Source: Candidatus Undinarchaeales archaeon (GTDB taxonomy: Archaea; SpSt-1190; JASMDC01). Taken from it: a DNA stretch of 64,000 bases. The first letter of the stretch is position 1; every line of letters begins with the position of its first letter. Location: positions 1 through 64,000 of the forward strand of contig JASMDC010000003.1 in NCBI GenBank assembly GCA_030753015.1, given 5' to 3'. Of this stretch, positions 10,039 to 19,959 are shown in pieces. A program made the translations under genes and the position numbers. Below the pieces are notes generated by a model that made no database searches, was not told where the DNA came from, and saw only the letters and a list, made by a program, of their open reading frames with translations.

Positions 10039-11445
10039 TCATGTCCGGGGTCGCAGGACCATGTATCCCACCGTTGCGATGAGCAGCACGCCGATGATGA
10101 CGGCCACGTTGGTCGAGTCGGTGCCCTTGGGGGCCGGGGTCGGAGCGGGCGTGCACGTGTTATCGGTGCAGGCCATCCCAAGAGGACACCCGCAGTCCAT
10201 GCAACAGTTGTACACTGTCTCACCAGGATCACACCGGTTATCGCCACAGGCGGGTGTCGAGGTCAGTGGTGGCCCCTCGGGGATGGTGAGCGGCCCTTCA
10301 GTGATACCGGGTGATGTTGGAGTAAGGCTCGGGAGCACTGGTTCGTCTTCCTCGTTACCGAATAGGAGCGGGGTCAGTGGAACGCGACGCTCCACCATGA
10401 AGCCTGTTTCCAGTTCCGTGGTGATGAACCCTGCGCCCCAGACGCCCTTGATGGTACACTCGAGCCGGTAGCGTCCGGCATACCAGTCGACCTGGTCGTA
10501 CGACAGGGTGATGACAATTTCAGTGGCCTTGTCACCCGTGGGCGACTGGAACGTGCAGATGTCGGGCGAGAACACACCCCTGCCGCAGAGGGTTATATTG
10601 GCAGAGTTGTCCTCGTTCTCCCCCTCCAGCCGGCACTCGGCCATCCAGTCCATATCGAAGGTAGTCACGGCTATCGTTGCCGTGACCCGGTCAAGCTCGT
10701 CCTCCCACAGGGAAGGGTGCCCGGTGAAGGGTGTGGAGAGCCACACGAGTGGTGCGAACGGAAGTTTATTGCTGATCTCGCCTGTTTCGGGATCGGTCCA
10801 GTGGACGGTCTCGTCCGTATCAATGCAGGTGGCGCAGGTCTCGTTCCAGCCGGGGCAGGTCGTAGCATTGATACATACGATTACACGGTGAACACCGGGC
10901 CCAAGGAAGCGGGCCGGGACCTCCAGGTCGAGCGTTGTCTGACCGGGAACTATCTTAGCGGATCCCTGAGAGGGGAAGGCATCGAGTTCGGCCCCGAACT
11001 CTGTGAGGATGGCGTAGGCCGTGGACGGTTCGGTGACTGTGATCCCATCTACGTGAACGGTCATGGTCGAAGATTGCTGTGGGTCACGGTCCATGTCCCA
11101 AGGCGTCGATCCCTTGGGACTGCAGTACTCGGCGGGCGGGCCACCAAGTGTCGTCCTTTGCAGGACTACGGTCGAGCCATCCGGCATCGTCCCTCGCGGG
11201 TCCACGTTCCAGTCACAGCCCGTGATAGCGACACACTCGGCGGCAGAGGGCACAAAATCACAATCCGGCCCTCCTCCGTCCGGCACCTCCTGGCTGATGG
11301 GAACGTCCCAGAGGGTGGCTTGAGCGGGATCGATTGTGATATCGCCATTGATGACGATCGTGTCCACCGCAATGACCGGGAGGCATACCATGGCAAGAGC
11401 GATAGCAAGGATTATTGGAGCGGATCGCGCAAGGGCTCGGCTCAT
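10039..11445 (-). CDS. Membrane-anchored Cys-containing surface protein
   Basis: Signal peptide, Pro/Thr linker, CGDNRCDPGETVYNCCMDC motif, C-terminal TM with short basic tail. Confidence 0.75.
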   Translation of the reverse strand: MSRALARSAPIILAIALAMVCLPVIAVDTIVINGDITIDPAQATLWDVPISQEVPDGGGPDCDFVPSAAECVAITGCDWNVDPRGTMPDGSTVVLQRTTLGGPPAEYCSPKGSTPWDMDRDPQQSSTMTVHVDGITVTEPSTAYAILTEFGAELDAFPSQGSAKIVPGQTTLDLEVPARFLGPGVHRVIVCINATTCPGWNETCATCIDTDETVHWTDPETGEISNKLPFAPLVWLSTPFTGHPSLWEDELDRVTATIAVTTFDMDWMAECRLEGENEDNSANITLCGRGVFSPDICTFQSPTGDKATEIVITLSYDQVDWYAGRYRLECTIKGVWGAGFITTELETGFMVERRVPLTPLLFGNEEDEPVLPSLTPTSPGITEGPLTIPEGPPLTSTPACGDNRCDPGETVYNCCMDCGCPLGMACTDNTCTPAPTPAPKGTDSTNVAVIIGVLLIATVGYMVLRPRT

Positions 11446-11498
11446 GACGAGGACTCTCGCATCGCAGACATAAAAGCTTAACCACATCCTGATCGGAC

Positions 11499-12257
11499 AT
11501 GGGCGGCGGCACCGTGAGCCTCATACCGGTCAAGCTCGACCGGCCCGTGGGCCCCGGCGACGGACTTGCCGCTCTCATAGTCGAAGCAGTATCGCTCTCT
11601 GACGGCGACGTGGTGGTGATGGCATCGTCGGTCGTTTCGACGGTAGAGGGCAGGTCCGTCTCACTTGATGACATCGAGCCTTCTGATAAGGCCGACGAGG
11701 TCGCGCGACAAACGGGCAAGAACCCCCGGCAGGTCCAGCTCATCCTCGACCAGGCACAGGATCTGTGTGTCAAACGCGACGTCCTCCTCACACGCCTCGA
11801 GGGCGGGCTCGTGTGCGCTAACGCCGGTGTGGATCGCTCCAACGCCGGCGATGGGCGGGCGCTCATCCTTCCGTCAGACTCTGACGCCTCGGCAGAGCTT
11901 CTCCGTAGTGAACTGGAAGCGCGGACGGGTAAGCGGATCGGGGTCGTGGTGTCGGACTCTCATGGGAGGCCGCTCCGCCTGGGGTGTATCGGTGTGGCCC
12001 TGGGTGCCTCCGGAATCACTACTCTTTATGATCGGCGCGGGGATGTTGACCTCTTCGGAAGGCCTCTGGAGAGCACTATCGTGGCTTTGGGGGACGTGCT
12101 CGCTTCGGCCGCTCAGCTTGTGATGGGCGAAGCGAGCGAGCTCATACCGGCGGTAGTGGTGCGGGGTGTGGACGTGCTTGGGAGCGGATCCGGAAGGGAG
12201 CTGATCAGACCGCCTGATAAGGAGATTTTCCTCGCCGAATGGGCCCGGGTACGTTAA
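11499..12257 (+). CDS. cofE: Coenzyme F420-0:L-glutamate ligase family
   Basis: DGDVVV..S.VVS..EG, CANAGVDRSN, SDSHGRPLRLG, D.LAS.A.LVMGE. Confidence 0.88.
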   Translation: MGGGTVSLIPVKLDRPVGPGDGLAALIVEAVSLSDGDVVVMASSVVSTVEGRSVSLDDIEPSDKADEVARQTGKNPRQVQLILDQAQDLCVKRDVLLTRLEGGLVCANAGVDRSNAGDGRALILPSDSDASAELLRSELEARTGKRIGVVVSDSHGRPLRLGCIGVALGASGITTLYDRRGDVDLFGRPLESTIVALGDVLASAAQLVMGEASELIPAVVVRGVDVLGSGSGRELIRPPDKEIFLAEWARVR

Positions 12258-12421
12258 CCTTTAAAACGAATGAAACCGCTGGTTACCTTTTTAGTGATGT
12301 GATCATGAAGGTGCTCCTTCTTCTTTTCACACTTTCAGTTGGTATCCTCAGGATGTCCATTAGAGGACACCGTGAACGGATCGAATCACGCATTACCTGA
12401 ATCCATCCCCGGGCGCGAGAA

Positions 12422-13117
12422 ATGGAGGATTACGAGAAGAGGCTCACTGAGCTGTTCATGCAGGACCTCGAACGCTGGGACCCGCTGCTGGTCTCGCTTA
12501 TCCGTAGTGATGAGATCGATCCCTGGAGCGTGGACATCCAGAAGCTCTGTACCGCCTACCTCTCATCCGTCCAGTTGCCGGACTTCCGCAAGCACGGGAA
12601 GACCGTCCTGACACTCGCCATTCTCCTCAAGCTCAAGAGCGAGGAGCTCGATGTCAAGGAGTTCTGGGACGAGGAAGAGGTGGGGGACGAGATCTGGAAC
12701 GAGGAAGATGAGGACGGCATGCCTCGCGAGCGTCCCACGGTGCCCCGCCTCGTGCCCATCCGCGCTCGGTCCGTCGAGCGTCGCGTCACCCTTGGTGAGC
12801 TGGTCACGGCTTTGCGCACGGTCATGGACCAGAAGCGCACGCGGGCGGAGCGACGTCGCGTCCTCGATGCTGCTGGCGGGCGGCGCATGGAGGTGAAAGC
12901 CGACCTCAATATCGGCCAGCTCGTGGGGCAGATGCAGGACCGCATCAACGAATTGTGGCAGACCAAAGGCTCGGCCCTGTTCTCGGAGGTCGCTGGTGCG
13001 AACCGTGACGAGGCGCTCTGGAGCCTGGTATGCCTGCTCCATCTGTACTTCGAGAACACTGTAGGTCTCGATCAGAAAGAGTGGTGGGGGGACATCCAAA
13101 TAACAGAACGATCATGA
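12422..13117 (+). CDS. scpA: Segregation/condensation protein A (kleisin)
   Basis: IDPWSVDI, LAILLKLKSE.L, R.VTL.ELV.AL, LLHL...V.L.Q..WGDI. Confidence 0.88.
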   Translation: MEDYEKRLTELFMQDLERWDPLLVSLIRSDEIDPWSVDIQKLCTAYLSSVQLPDFRKHGKTVLTLAILLKLKSEELDVKEFWDEEEVGDEIWNEEDEDGMPRERPTVPRLVPIRARSVERRVTLGELVTALRTVMDQKRTRAERRRVLDAAGGRRMEVKADLNIGQLVGQMQDRINELWQTKGSALFSEVAGANRDEALWSLVCLLHLYFENTVGLDQKEWWGDIQITERS

Positions 13118-13135
13118 TATTGAGGTGAGTTAAAT

Positions 13136-13648
13136 ATGTCAAAGGATAATGAACACAGAGCGGTCATCGAGGCAGCACTGTTCATGTCGGCCCGGTCCAT
13201 GGACGTGAAAGAGCTTTCGAGCATCATCGCAAGCTCACCACGGACCACGAAACGCCTGGTGGACGAACTCGCCGCACTCTACACAGAGCGGTCTGCTGGC
13301 CTGAGCATCCTTGAGACTGGAGATGGCTACCGGCTCTCTGTTCGGAACGAGGTCGTGGATGCCGTGGCCCACCTCGCCGAGCGAACCGAGATCTCCGAGG
13401 CAGAGATACGGACCCTGTCCGTGATCGCCTATTATCAGCCCCTCCTCCAGTCGAAGTTGGTGAAGATGCGTGGTAACAACGCCTACACACACGTGTCCGC
13501 TCTGATGGAGAAAAGGTACATCAGCGGTAAGGCCAACGGTCGTTCCCGCCTTCTCACCACCACCGAACGGTTTCGCTCCCACTTCGCCGTGTCGGGTGAG
13601 GAGCTCGGGCACCTGGCCCTCGAGAGACGTCAGCAAAAGGCCCCCTAA
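13136..13648 (+). CDS. scpB: Segregation/condensation protein B
   Basis: IEAALF, TLSVIAYYQP, RG..AY.HV..L, TT.RF..HF; directly after scpA. Confidence 0.9.
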   Translation: MSKDNEHRAVIEAALFMSARSMDVKELSSIIASSPRTTKRLVDELAALYTERSAGLSILETGDGYRLSVRNEVVDAVAHLAERTEISEAEIRTLSVIAYYQPLLQSKLVKMRGNNAYTHVSALMEKRYISGKANGRSRLLTTTERFRSHFAVSGEELGHLALERRQQKAP

Positions 13649-13720
13649 CGGACATTTGGCCCTGTCGTAACATTTTTAAGACCCTAAGGGTCCTCCGGAC
13701 CTGTCATCAGGTGAACAATC

Positions 13721-15370
13721 ATGACAGGACAACAACAGCTCGTGCTCGTTCCCCAGGCCTCTCAGGGGATAACGGGTAAGGACGCTCAGCGAATTAATAT
13801 CCTCGCCGCCCGGACCATCGCCGAGGTGGTACGGACAACGCTCGGACCCAAGGGCATGGACAAGATGCTCGTGGACACCCTCGGGGATGTCGTTATCACG
13901 AACGACGGTGTGACCATCCTCTCGGAGATGGAGATCCAGCATCCGACCGCCAAGATGATGGTTGAGGTATCCAAGGCCCAGCAGGAGGAGATTGGCGACG
14001 GTACCACCACTGCCGTGGTCATCGCCGGCGAGCTCCTCAAGCGTGCTGGAGATCTTATCGAACAGAGCATTCATCCCACTGTCATTATCAAGGGATATCG
14101 AATGGCCGACCACAAGGCACGAGATGTGCTCAAGAACATCGGGATCCCTGTTACTATCAAGAACACGAAGAAGCTCCATGCCGTCGCCACCACCGCTATG
14201 ACGGGCAAGGGAGTAGAGGGTTCCAAGGAGCATCTGGCCGATATCGCCGTTGAGTCGGTGCGGCTCGTTTCCGAGAAGGAGGGCACTAAGTACCGCGTCG
14301 ACAAGGACAGCATCAAGATCGAGAAGCGCGAGGGTGGAAGCGTGATCGATACAGCTCTCATCCGAGGCGTTGTGCTCGACAAGGAACGTGCACACAGCGG
14401 GATGCCGCGGACCGTGCGCAAGGCACGCATCGCTCTCGTTGACTCGGCCCTCGAGATCAAGAACACCGAAACGAAGGCAGAAATCCGTATCACGGACCCA
14501 ACCCAGCTCGAAGCTTTCCTCCACAAGGAGGAGCGCATCATCAAGGAGATGGTGGATGCTGTCGTCGCCACGGGCGCCAACGTACTCTTATGCCAGAAGG
14601 GCATCGACGACCTTGCCCAGCATTACCTTGCCAAGGTGGGTATTTTCGCCGTCAGGCGGGTAAAGAAGAGCGACATGAAGATGCTCGCTAACGCAACCTC
14701 CGCCCGCATCGTCACGAATATCAAGGAGCTTGCCAAGGGCGACCTCGGGTATGCCGAGGAAGTGGAGGAGACGAAGATCGCTGGCGATGAGATGGTTCTC
14801 ATCCAAAAGTGCAAGAATCCCAAGGCGGCGTCCGTTATCGTGCGCGGCGGTACCAAGCACGTCACTGAGGAGGCCGAGAAGGCCCTTGAGGACGCAATCG
14901 ACGACGTTGCTGTGGCTGTGAAGGACGGGCGGCTCGTCGCGGGAGGTGGAGCGAGCGAGGTCGAGATGGCAAGGCGGCTCAGGGAGTACGCCGGGAGCGT
15001 CGGCGGCCGGGAACAGCTCGCCATCAACGCTTTCGCCGATGGTCTCGAATCGTGCCCTCGCGCCCTGGCCGAGAATGCTGGTCTGGACCCCACGGACAAG
15101 CTGGTCGCCCTGCGAAAGGCCCACACCGGTAAGAAGGGTATCCCCTTCGGCCTCAACGTGTTCACGGGAAAGGTCGTGAACATGAACAAGGCCGGGGTGC
15201 TGGAACCCTTGGGGCTCAAGCTCCACGCCATCAAGGCCGCCAGCGAGGTTGCCGAGATGGTGCTCAGGATCGATGATATCGTGCTCGCCAAGGAGCTTGG
15301 CGGAGGCGGCGGTGGGATGCCGCCCGGGATGCCCCCTGGTGGTATGGGCGGCATGCCAGGCATGATGTAG
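13721..15370 (+). CDS. ths: Thermosome subunit (group II chaperonin)
   Basis: [33 protein letters not shown] and GGM-rich tail. Confidence 0.97.
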   Translation: MTGQQQLVLVPQASQGITGKDAQRINILAARTIAEVVRTTLGPKGMDKMLVDTLGDVVITNDGVTILSEMEIQHPTAKMMVEVSKAQQEEIGDGTTTAVVIAGELLKRAGDLIEQSIHPTVIIKGYRMADHKARDVLKNIGIPVTIKNTKKLHAVATTAMTGKGVEGSKEHLADIAVESVRLVSEKEGTKYRVDKDSIKIEKREGGSVIDTALIRGVVLDKERAHSGMPRTVRKARIALVDSALEIKNTETKAEIRITDPTQLEAFLHKEERIIKEMVDAVVATGANVLLCQKGIDDLAQHYLAKVGIFAVRRVKKSDMKMLANATSARIVTNIKELAKGDLGYAEEVEETKIAGDEMVLIQKCKNPKAASVIVRGGTKHVTEEAEKALEDAIDDVAVAVKDGRLVAGGGASEVEMARRLREYAGSVGGREQLAINAFADGLESCPRALAENAGLDPTDKLVALRKAHTGKKGIPFGLNVFTGKVVNMNKAGVLEPLGLKLHAIKAASEVAEMVLRIDDIVLAKELGGGGGGMPPGMPPGGMGGMPGMM

Positions 15371-15392
15371 TTAAGGATTCTGCAAGATAACG

Positions 15393-15414
15393 GCGGCGGG
15401 CTTCGGCCCGCCGC
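15393..15414 (+). terminator. GC-rich hairpin with UUCG loop after thermosome gene
   Basis: GCGGCGGGC-TTCG-GCCCGCCGC perfect stem-loop about 22 nt after the stop. A terminator or 3'-stabilizing role is inferred. Confidence 0.55.
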
Positions 15415-15468
15415 GCCCTATACCAAGAAATATAAAGCTGCAGCACCGTCCCGGACAGAGGCGATTCC

Positions 15469-16113
15469 ATGGCACGGAAAGGCTCCCAAAAGAAGAAACT
15501 CGAGTCAACAAAGACCGAGAATGATTGTGGGGGTAAGGATACCAAGAAGAAGAAGGACGTGCCGAAAGAGGATACGAGTATCAAGGAAGAGAAGGTAGAG
15601 GTCGCCGAGAAGGAGCCCGAGCGGACCGTTCTTCCTCCTGCTGGCCTGAGCACGGAGGGTCTCCGCGTAGGCGTTGGGATCACATTGCTGGGGCTCCTGC
15701 TCACCCTCTTCGTCTCTCTGTCGGCGGCAGGTCCGTCTCAGGGGCGATACGTCGCCGCCAACGAGTTCTCCACATCGGTCGCCACGGTGTCCCAGGGCGA
15801 TCTCGTCTACCTCAAGGAAGGGGCCCCGACCAACGACGATCTGGCTGTGTGCGTCCTAGATATATTCACATACCCGACGATCTGTCAGGTCGTGAAGGCT
15901 ACCAATGATGGCTATCGTGTGCGCTATAGAGAAGGGGAGATCCTGAACACCACTTCCCTCAAGCAGCACCGGGTGAAGGGCGCCATCGATCCGGCGAAGA
16001 CGATTCCCGGATCCACGGTGGAGAACTACGCAAACATAGCCGCTATTGGCCTTCTCCTTACCATCGGGGGAGTGGGCGCAGTGATTATCAAAGGATTTGA
16101 ACGGGAGGTATGA
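15469..16113 (+). CDS. Hypothetical two-TM membrane protein (possibly degenerate S26 signal-peptidase-like)
   Basis: Lys/Glu-rich N-terminus, TM, QGDLVYL domain, C-terminal TM; TATA box TATAAA at ~15431. Confidence 0.65.
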   Translation: MARKGSQKKKLESTKTENDCGGKDTKKKKDVPKEDTSIKEEKVEVAEKEPERTVLPPAGLSTEGLRVGVGITLLGLLLTLFVSLSAAGPSQGRYVAANEFSTSVATVSQGDLVYLKEGAPTNDDLAVCVLDIFTYPTICQVVKATNDGYRVRYREGEILNTTSLKQHRVKGAIDPAKTIPGSTVENYANIAAIGLLLTIGGVGAVIIKGFEREV

Positions 16114-16117
16114 AACC

Positions 16118-16483
16118 ATGGCGAATGCTCGTGTTGCCAGTTATATGCTCGCGCTCATCATGCTCGTTTTCGGGGTGGTGGGCCTTCTGTACGCAGGAAA
16201 ACCGATTAGGGAGAATTCCCTTGATGAGGGCATCCCTCTTGCCGCTGCGGCCACCGCAGCACTGGTCATCGGCTATCTCGAGCTGAGGATGTTCATCATC
16301 AACGATCTCATCGAGGAAGAGGAAGCGCTCCTTGAGGAGGAGAAGAAGCTTCTCGAGGAAGAGCTGCGCCGGCTCAAGCACATAGAGGATGTGGAAATGC
16401 ACATTGAAGAAATCCTCGAGCATCCCCATCTCAGAGAGGCCGAGGTGCGGGAAAAGAAGAAGAGCGGTCCCAAGAAGAAGTGA
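16118..16483 (+). CDS. Small membrane protein with C-terminal coiled coil
   Basis: Two TMs, then EEE-rich helix; GGAGG upstream. Confidence 0.7.
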   Translation: MANARVASYMLALIMLVFGVVGLLYAGKPIRENSLDEGIPLAAAATAALVIGYLELRMFIINDLIEEEEALLEEEKKLLEEELRRLKHIEDVEMHIEEILEHPHLREAEVREKKKSGPKKK

Positions 16484-16521
16484 GCTCTCGCCGTCACTCT
16501 CGGAAGGTCGAGCTGCTCGGC

Positions 16522-17958
16522 TCAGTTGTCGGCCGGGATCCACTGCGGGCTTAGCATGTAGAGGTCAAGATCGAGCTTCCTGGCACTGTGGGTGTGTTCA
16601 AGGCGTCGTATCAGATGCTCGATAGCATGCTCGAATCCTTCTGACACTCTAATCAGGAGAACATCATGAGTACCTGATTTCACCATGAGCTGTTCGAGGT
16701 CCTCGTTATGGCAGAGAGAAAAGGAACAAATCCGCACGCCCTCGGGAGCTCCCGGCTCCATGACCTCCTGGTCCGATAGGTCGATAACACGCTCTTCCCC
16801 CGAGAAAACGACCGTAAGAAGGATTATTGTGATGATGGCTGTTGCGACGGTGAGGAAGATCGTCATACCGAAGATGGGCTGTTCGATAAGACCCTTGGAT
16901 AACGCGATGGTGGCAACGACGATTGAGACCTCGGCGCGCGGTATCATCCCCACCCCGATGCGCAGGGCCTGGACGCGTTGGAACCCTGACCACCGTGCGG
17001 CTAGGTAACACCCGACGATCTTGCTCCCCACTGCCAGAACGGTCGCGATGGAGCCCGTTACCAGGAGAGTACGCGGATCGTCCATTGTCATGTTCACGCC
17101 TACGAGCACGAAGAACACTGGAACAAGGAAGTTGCACAGCCCTTCCATCCGGCTCTCGATGATCATGCGCTCGGGAAGATCGGATAGGATTATACCTAAG
17201 AGCAAGGCGCCCGCGATATAGGCGAGACCGATCGCCTCGGCAGCCACGGCTGCGAAGCACGCTAGTGAGAGGACCACGATAAGTTCAGAATCTGCCGTTT
17301 CCATGCGCTCCACGGCAGCGATGATTTTGGGGAGTATCTTCCTCCCCACCCACACGAAAAGACCGATGAAGAGGAATATGCGTGCTGACACGGTCACAAC
17401 ACTGAGCATGCTCATGCCATCCCCGAGCGATCCGAGGACGATTGAGAGAATGAGGAGCGTGAGGATATCGTCCACCATTGATGCTTCGATGATCATAGTG
17501 GATTCGAGCAGATCGAGCTTCCCCATCTCCTCGATGACACGGGCCGTGATGCCTACGCTCGTCGAGACCAGGATGAGACCGACGATGATGGGCTCGTGGA
17601 TAGCGGTGGCATCGATACCAATACCGGTGAGGGCCCATAGGGTCCCAAGGGTGACCGAGAGGACGATGCCCGCGGAGGATATCGCGAAGGCCTTGCGACC
17701 GTAGGACACCATGGCGCGGAGGTTCGACTCAAGACCGATTCTGAACAGAAGGAAGAGGAGGGCTAGATGGCCGATATAGCTGATGAAGGTCGCAGCGTCA
17801 GAGGTCATGTCGATTATACCGATGACGGGACCGATAAGGATACCAGCCATGATCTCCCCTAGTACACTAGGGGAACGGAGCCGGTGTGCGAGCTCGCCAC
17901 CGAGCTTGGCAGACAGTACGATGATGCCTAGATACATCATCGCGGTCGTCTCGCTCAT
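16522..17958 (-). CDS. Cation:proton antiporter (CPA2 family)
   Basis: PSVLGEIMAGILIGP, LFRIGLE, TSVGIT, DDI, PVFFV.VG, GMIPRAE. Start could be 17985. Confidence 0.92.
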   Translation of the reverse strand: MSETTAMMYLGIIVLSAKLGGELAHRLRSPSVLGEIMAGILIGPVIGIIDMTSDAATFISYIGHLALLFLLFRIGLESNLRAMVSYGRKAFAISSAGIVLSVTLGTLWALTGIGIDATAIHEPIIVGLILVSTSVGITARVIEEMGKLDLLESTMIIEASMVDDILTLLILSIVLGSLGDGMSMLSVVTVSARIFLFIGLFVWVGRKILPKIIAAVERMETADSELIVVLSLACFAAVAAEAIGLAYIAGALLLGIILSDLPERMIIESRMEGLCNFLVPVFFVLVGVNMTMDDPRTLLVTGSIATVLAVGSKIVGCYLAARWSGFQRVQALRIGVGMIPRAEVSIVVATIALSKGLIEQPIFGMTIFLTVATAIITIILLTVVFSGEERVIDLSDQEVMEPGAPEGVRICSFSLCHNEDLEQLMVKSGTHDVLLIRVSEGFEHAIEHLIRRLEHTHSARKLDLDLYMLSPQWIPADN

Positions 17959-18149
17959 GGTATGATAATCCAGTGCAATCTTCACTTTTAACTCTTCTTT
18001 TTGTTTCGGCGAGAAGTCCCCTTCCGAGAGGTAAGGGATGAATCCTTAGTAATATTGAACGTGTTCGAGAAATCCCATGCGTTTTCACAGGCTGTCCGAC
18101 AATTCGTAGTTTCTACCGCTTCAAGGCCACCGAACAATGTCACAGGAAG

Positions 18150-18239
18150 TGTGCACCCTAACTTCATATGACGTGAGGTCCTTCGCATGAAGGAAAAGCG
18201 GCCCCAGAAGAAGGTTTATAAGATTGTGCACCCTAACTT
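18150..18239 (+). repeat. 15-bp direct repeat pair flanking the IS promoter
   Basis: TGTGCACCCTAACTT at 18150-18164 and 18225-18239, either side of TTTATAAG. Confidence 0.8.
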
Positions 18240-18244
18240 TAGTC

Positions 18245-18400
18245 ATGGTGTACACGGAGATCAAAACGATCAAAGGGCGGCAGTACAAGTACCTCCGCGA
18301 GAGCCTCCGGATCGACGGCCGCGTCATCCACAGGACTGTGAAGTACCTTGGCCCCGTGAAACCAAGATACAAACCCCAGAAAAAGAAGGCGAGCCAATGA
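18245..18400 (+). CDS. Small basic passenger ORF (51 aa) inside the IS
   Basis: MVYTEIKTIKGRQYKYLRESLRIDGRVIHRTVKYLGPVKPRYKPQKKKASQ. TTTATAAG box ~30 nt upstream; stop overlaps the transposase ATG (ATGA). Confidence 0.65.
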   Translation: MVYTEIKTIKGRQYKYLRESLRIDGRVIHRTVKYLGPVKPRYKPQKKKASQ

Positions 18401-19899
18401 CATACATACGATCACACCACAAACAAGCCTGGCTGCTTGCCCCGAACATCGAGGACATGATACCGGCCGACCACATCTGCTACCTCGTCGAAGCGCTCAT
18501 GGAAATGATCGACTTCACCCGGTTCGACAAGAAGTACGCAGGCCCCGGACACCCCGCGTACCATCCCCGGGTCATCCTGAAGCTGCTCGTGATGGGTGTC
18601 ATGGACAGGGTGCGCTCATCCCGCAAGCTTGCCCGGAACGCCAGAGAGAACGTCGTCTACATGTACCTCGCGGAGAAGCTCACGCCGGACTTCAGGACCA
18701 TAAGTGACTTCCGCAAGCAGAACGCCGATCTCGTCAAGCAGCTCTTCAAGGACACCGTGGCGCTCGCCAAACAGGAAGGGGTGCTCGACCTGGCCCAGCT
18801 CGCGACGGACGGGACCAAGATCAGGGCCAACGCTACCAACAAGCGCTCGCTCACCAGGGAAGAGCTCGAGTTCATGACCCGGTTCGTTGACGAAGAGCTC
18901 GATGAATGGGCCAGACAGGACCGGATAGAGGACGAGGCGTTCGGCACGCTGAGGGGATACGACCAGCTCCCGGGCAAGGGCAAGCAGAAGATGCGCGCTG
19001 CAGTACGACACTATGTGAAGCATACCAAGGAAAAGGGCGACGGGTTCGAAGAGATGGCGTCCCGAAAGCTGGAGAAAGCACGCCAGGAGATGGAACAGCA
19101 CAACCTCGACAAAGTGAGCACGACGGACACCGACTGCCGATTCATGAAGTCCAAGAAGGGAAGGCTGGAGTTCTCGTACAACCCTCAGGTCACGACGGAC
19201 GGGAATTGCTTTATCCTCGCCTCCGACGTATGCCAGGACGTGAACGACAAGAGACAACTGCAGCCCCAAGTGCTTCAGACGGAAGAGAACCTCGGCCAGA
19301 TATCCGAAGGAACGCCATGGAACTTCGACAATGGGTACTTCGGAGGGGACAACCTGGCCTTCCTCAAGGAGAAGAAGATCAACGCGTACGTCGCAACGGA
19401 AAAACCGGACCCCAACCCGTACAGCGCCGACAAGTTCATCCACGACCCCAAGAAGAAAGAATACACATGTCCCGGAGGACACGTCATGAGATTCCTCGGC
19501 GAAAGACATGAGAAGAGCCGGGGCTACAGGTACAACCTTTACCGGTCCTATAGCTGCCACACGTGCCCGCACCAGGGATCGTGCACCAAGAGAAAGGATG
19601 GCATCCGTTACCTGAAGGTCTACCCGCACCCCGAGCTCAGGGATGAGATGATCGCCAAGATAAGCACCAAGAACGCGAAGAAGACGTACCGCCAGCGTAA
19701 AGAGACCGTCGAGCCGATGATAGGATGCATCAAATACGACCTGGGGCTCGATGAGTTTCTCACGAGGGGCCTTGGAACGGTGAGAACGGAGTTCAGGCTG
19801 GCCTGTACGGCCTTCAACGTCAAGAAGATGTGGTTGCGGATGCGGGAGAGGGCCGCTGGTGTGGTCGGAAGCACACTTGCTCCCGTACATCCGTGTTGA
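18397..19899 (+). CDS. IS1182-family transposase
   Basis: GHPAYHP, SSRKL, PDFRTISDFR, DGTKI.ANA, STTDTD, FDNGY, R..TVEP.IG.IK; no internal stop. Confidence 0.93.
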   Translation: MTYIRSHHKQAWLLAPNIEDMIPADHICYLVEALMEMIDFTRFDKKYAGPGHPAYHPRVILKLLVMGVMDRVRSSRKLARNARENVVYMYLAEKLTPDFRTISDFRKQNADLVKQLFKDTVALAKQEGVLDLAQLATDGTKIRANATNKRSLTREELEFMTRFVDEELDEWARQDRIEDEAFGTLRGYDQLPGKGKQKMRAAVRHYVKHTKEKGDGFEEMASRKLEKARQEMEQHNLDKVSTTDTDCRFMKSKKGRLEFSYNPQVTTDGNCFILASDVCQDVNDKRQLQPQVLQTEENLGQISEGTPWNFDNGYFGGDNLAFLKEKKINAYVATEKPDPNPYSADKFIHDPKKKEYTCPGGHVMRFLGERHEKSRGYRYNLYRSYSCHTCPHQGSCTKRKDGIRYLKVYPHPELRDEMIAKISTKNAKKTYRQRKETVEPMIGCIKYDLGLDEFLTRGLGTVRTEFRLACTAFNVKKMWLRMRERAAGVVGSTLAPVHPC

Positions 19900-19959
19900 G
19901 GATATTCATTCTCACATCGATCGGTGTATGGTATCGAATTGTCGGACAGCCTGTTTCCG

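Larger units (their letters stand above)
18087..19954 (+). mobile_element. IS1182-family insertion sequence
   Basis: Perfect 20-bp terminal IRs ACAGGCTGTCCGACAATTCG (18087-18106) and its reverse complement (19935-19954), flanked by (T)TTC on both sides as a probable target duplication, enclosing the transposase. Confidence 0.9.

Noticed and set aside
12258-12421. tRNA or small ORF upstream of scpA
   Set aside because: No cloverleaf or TTCGA arm; the 31-codon ORF has no support.
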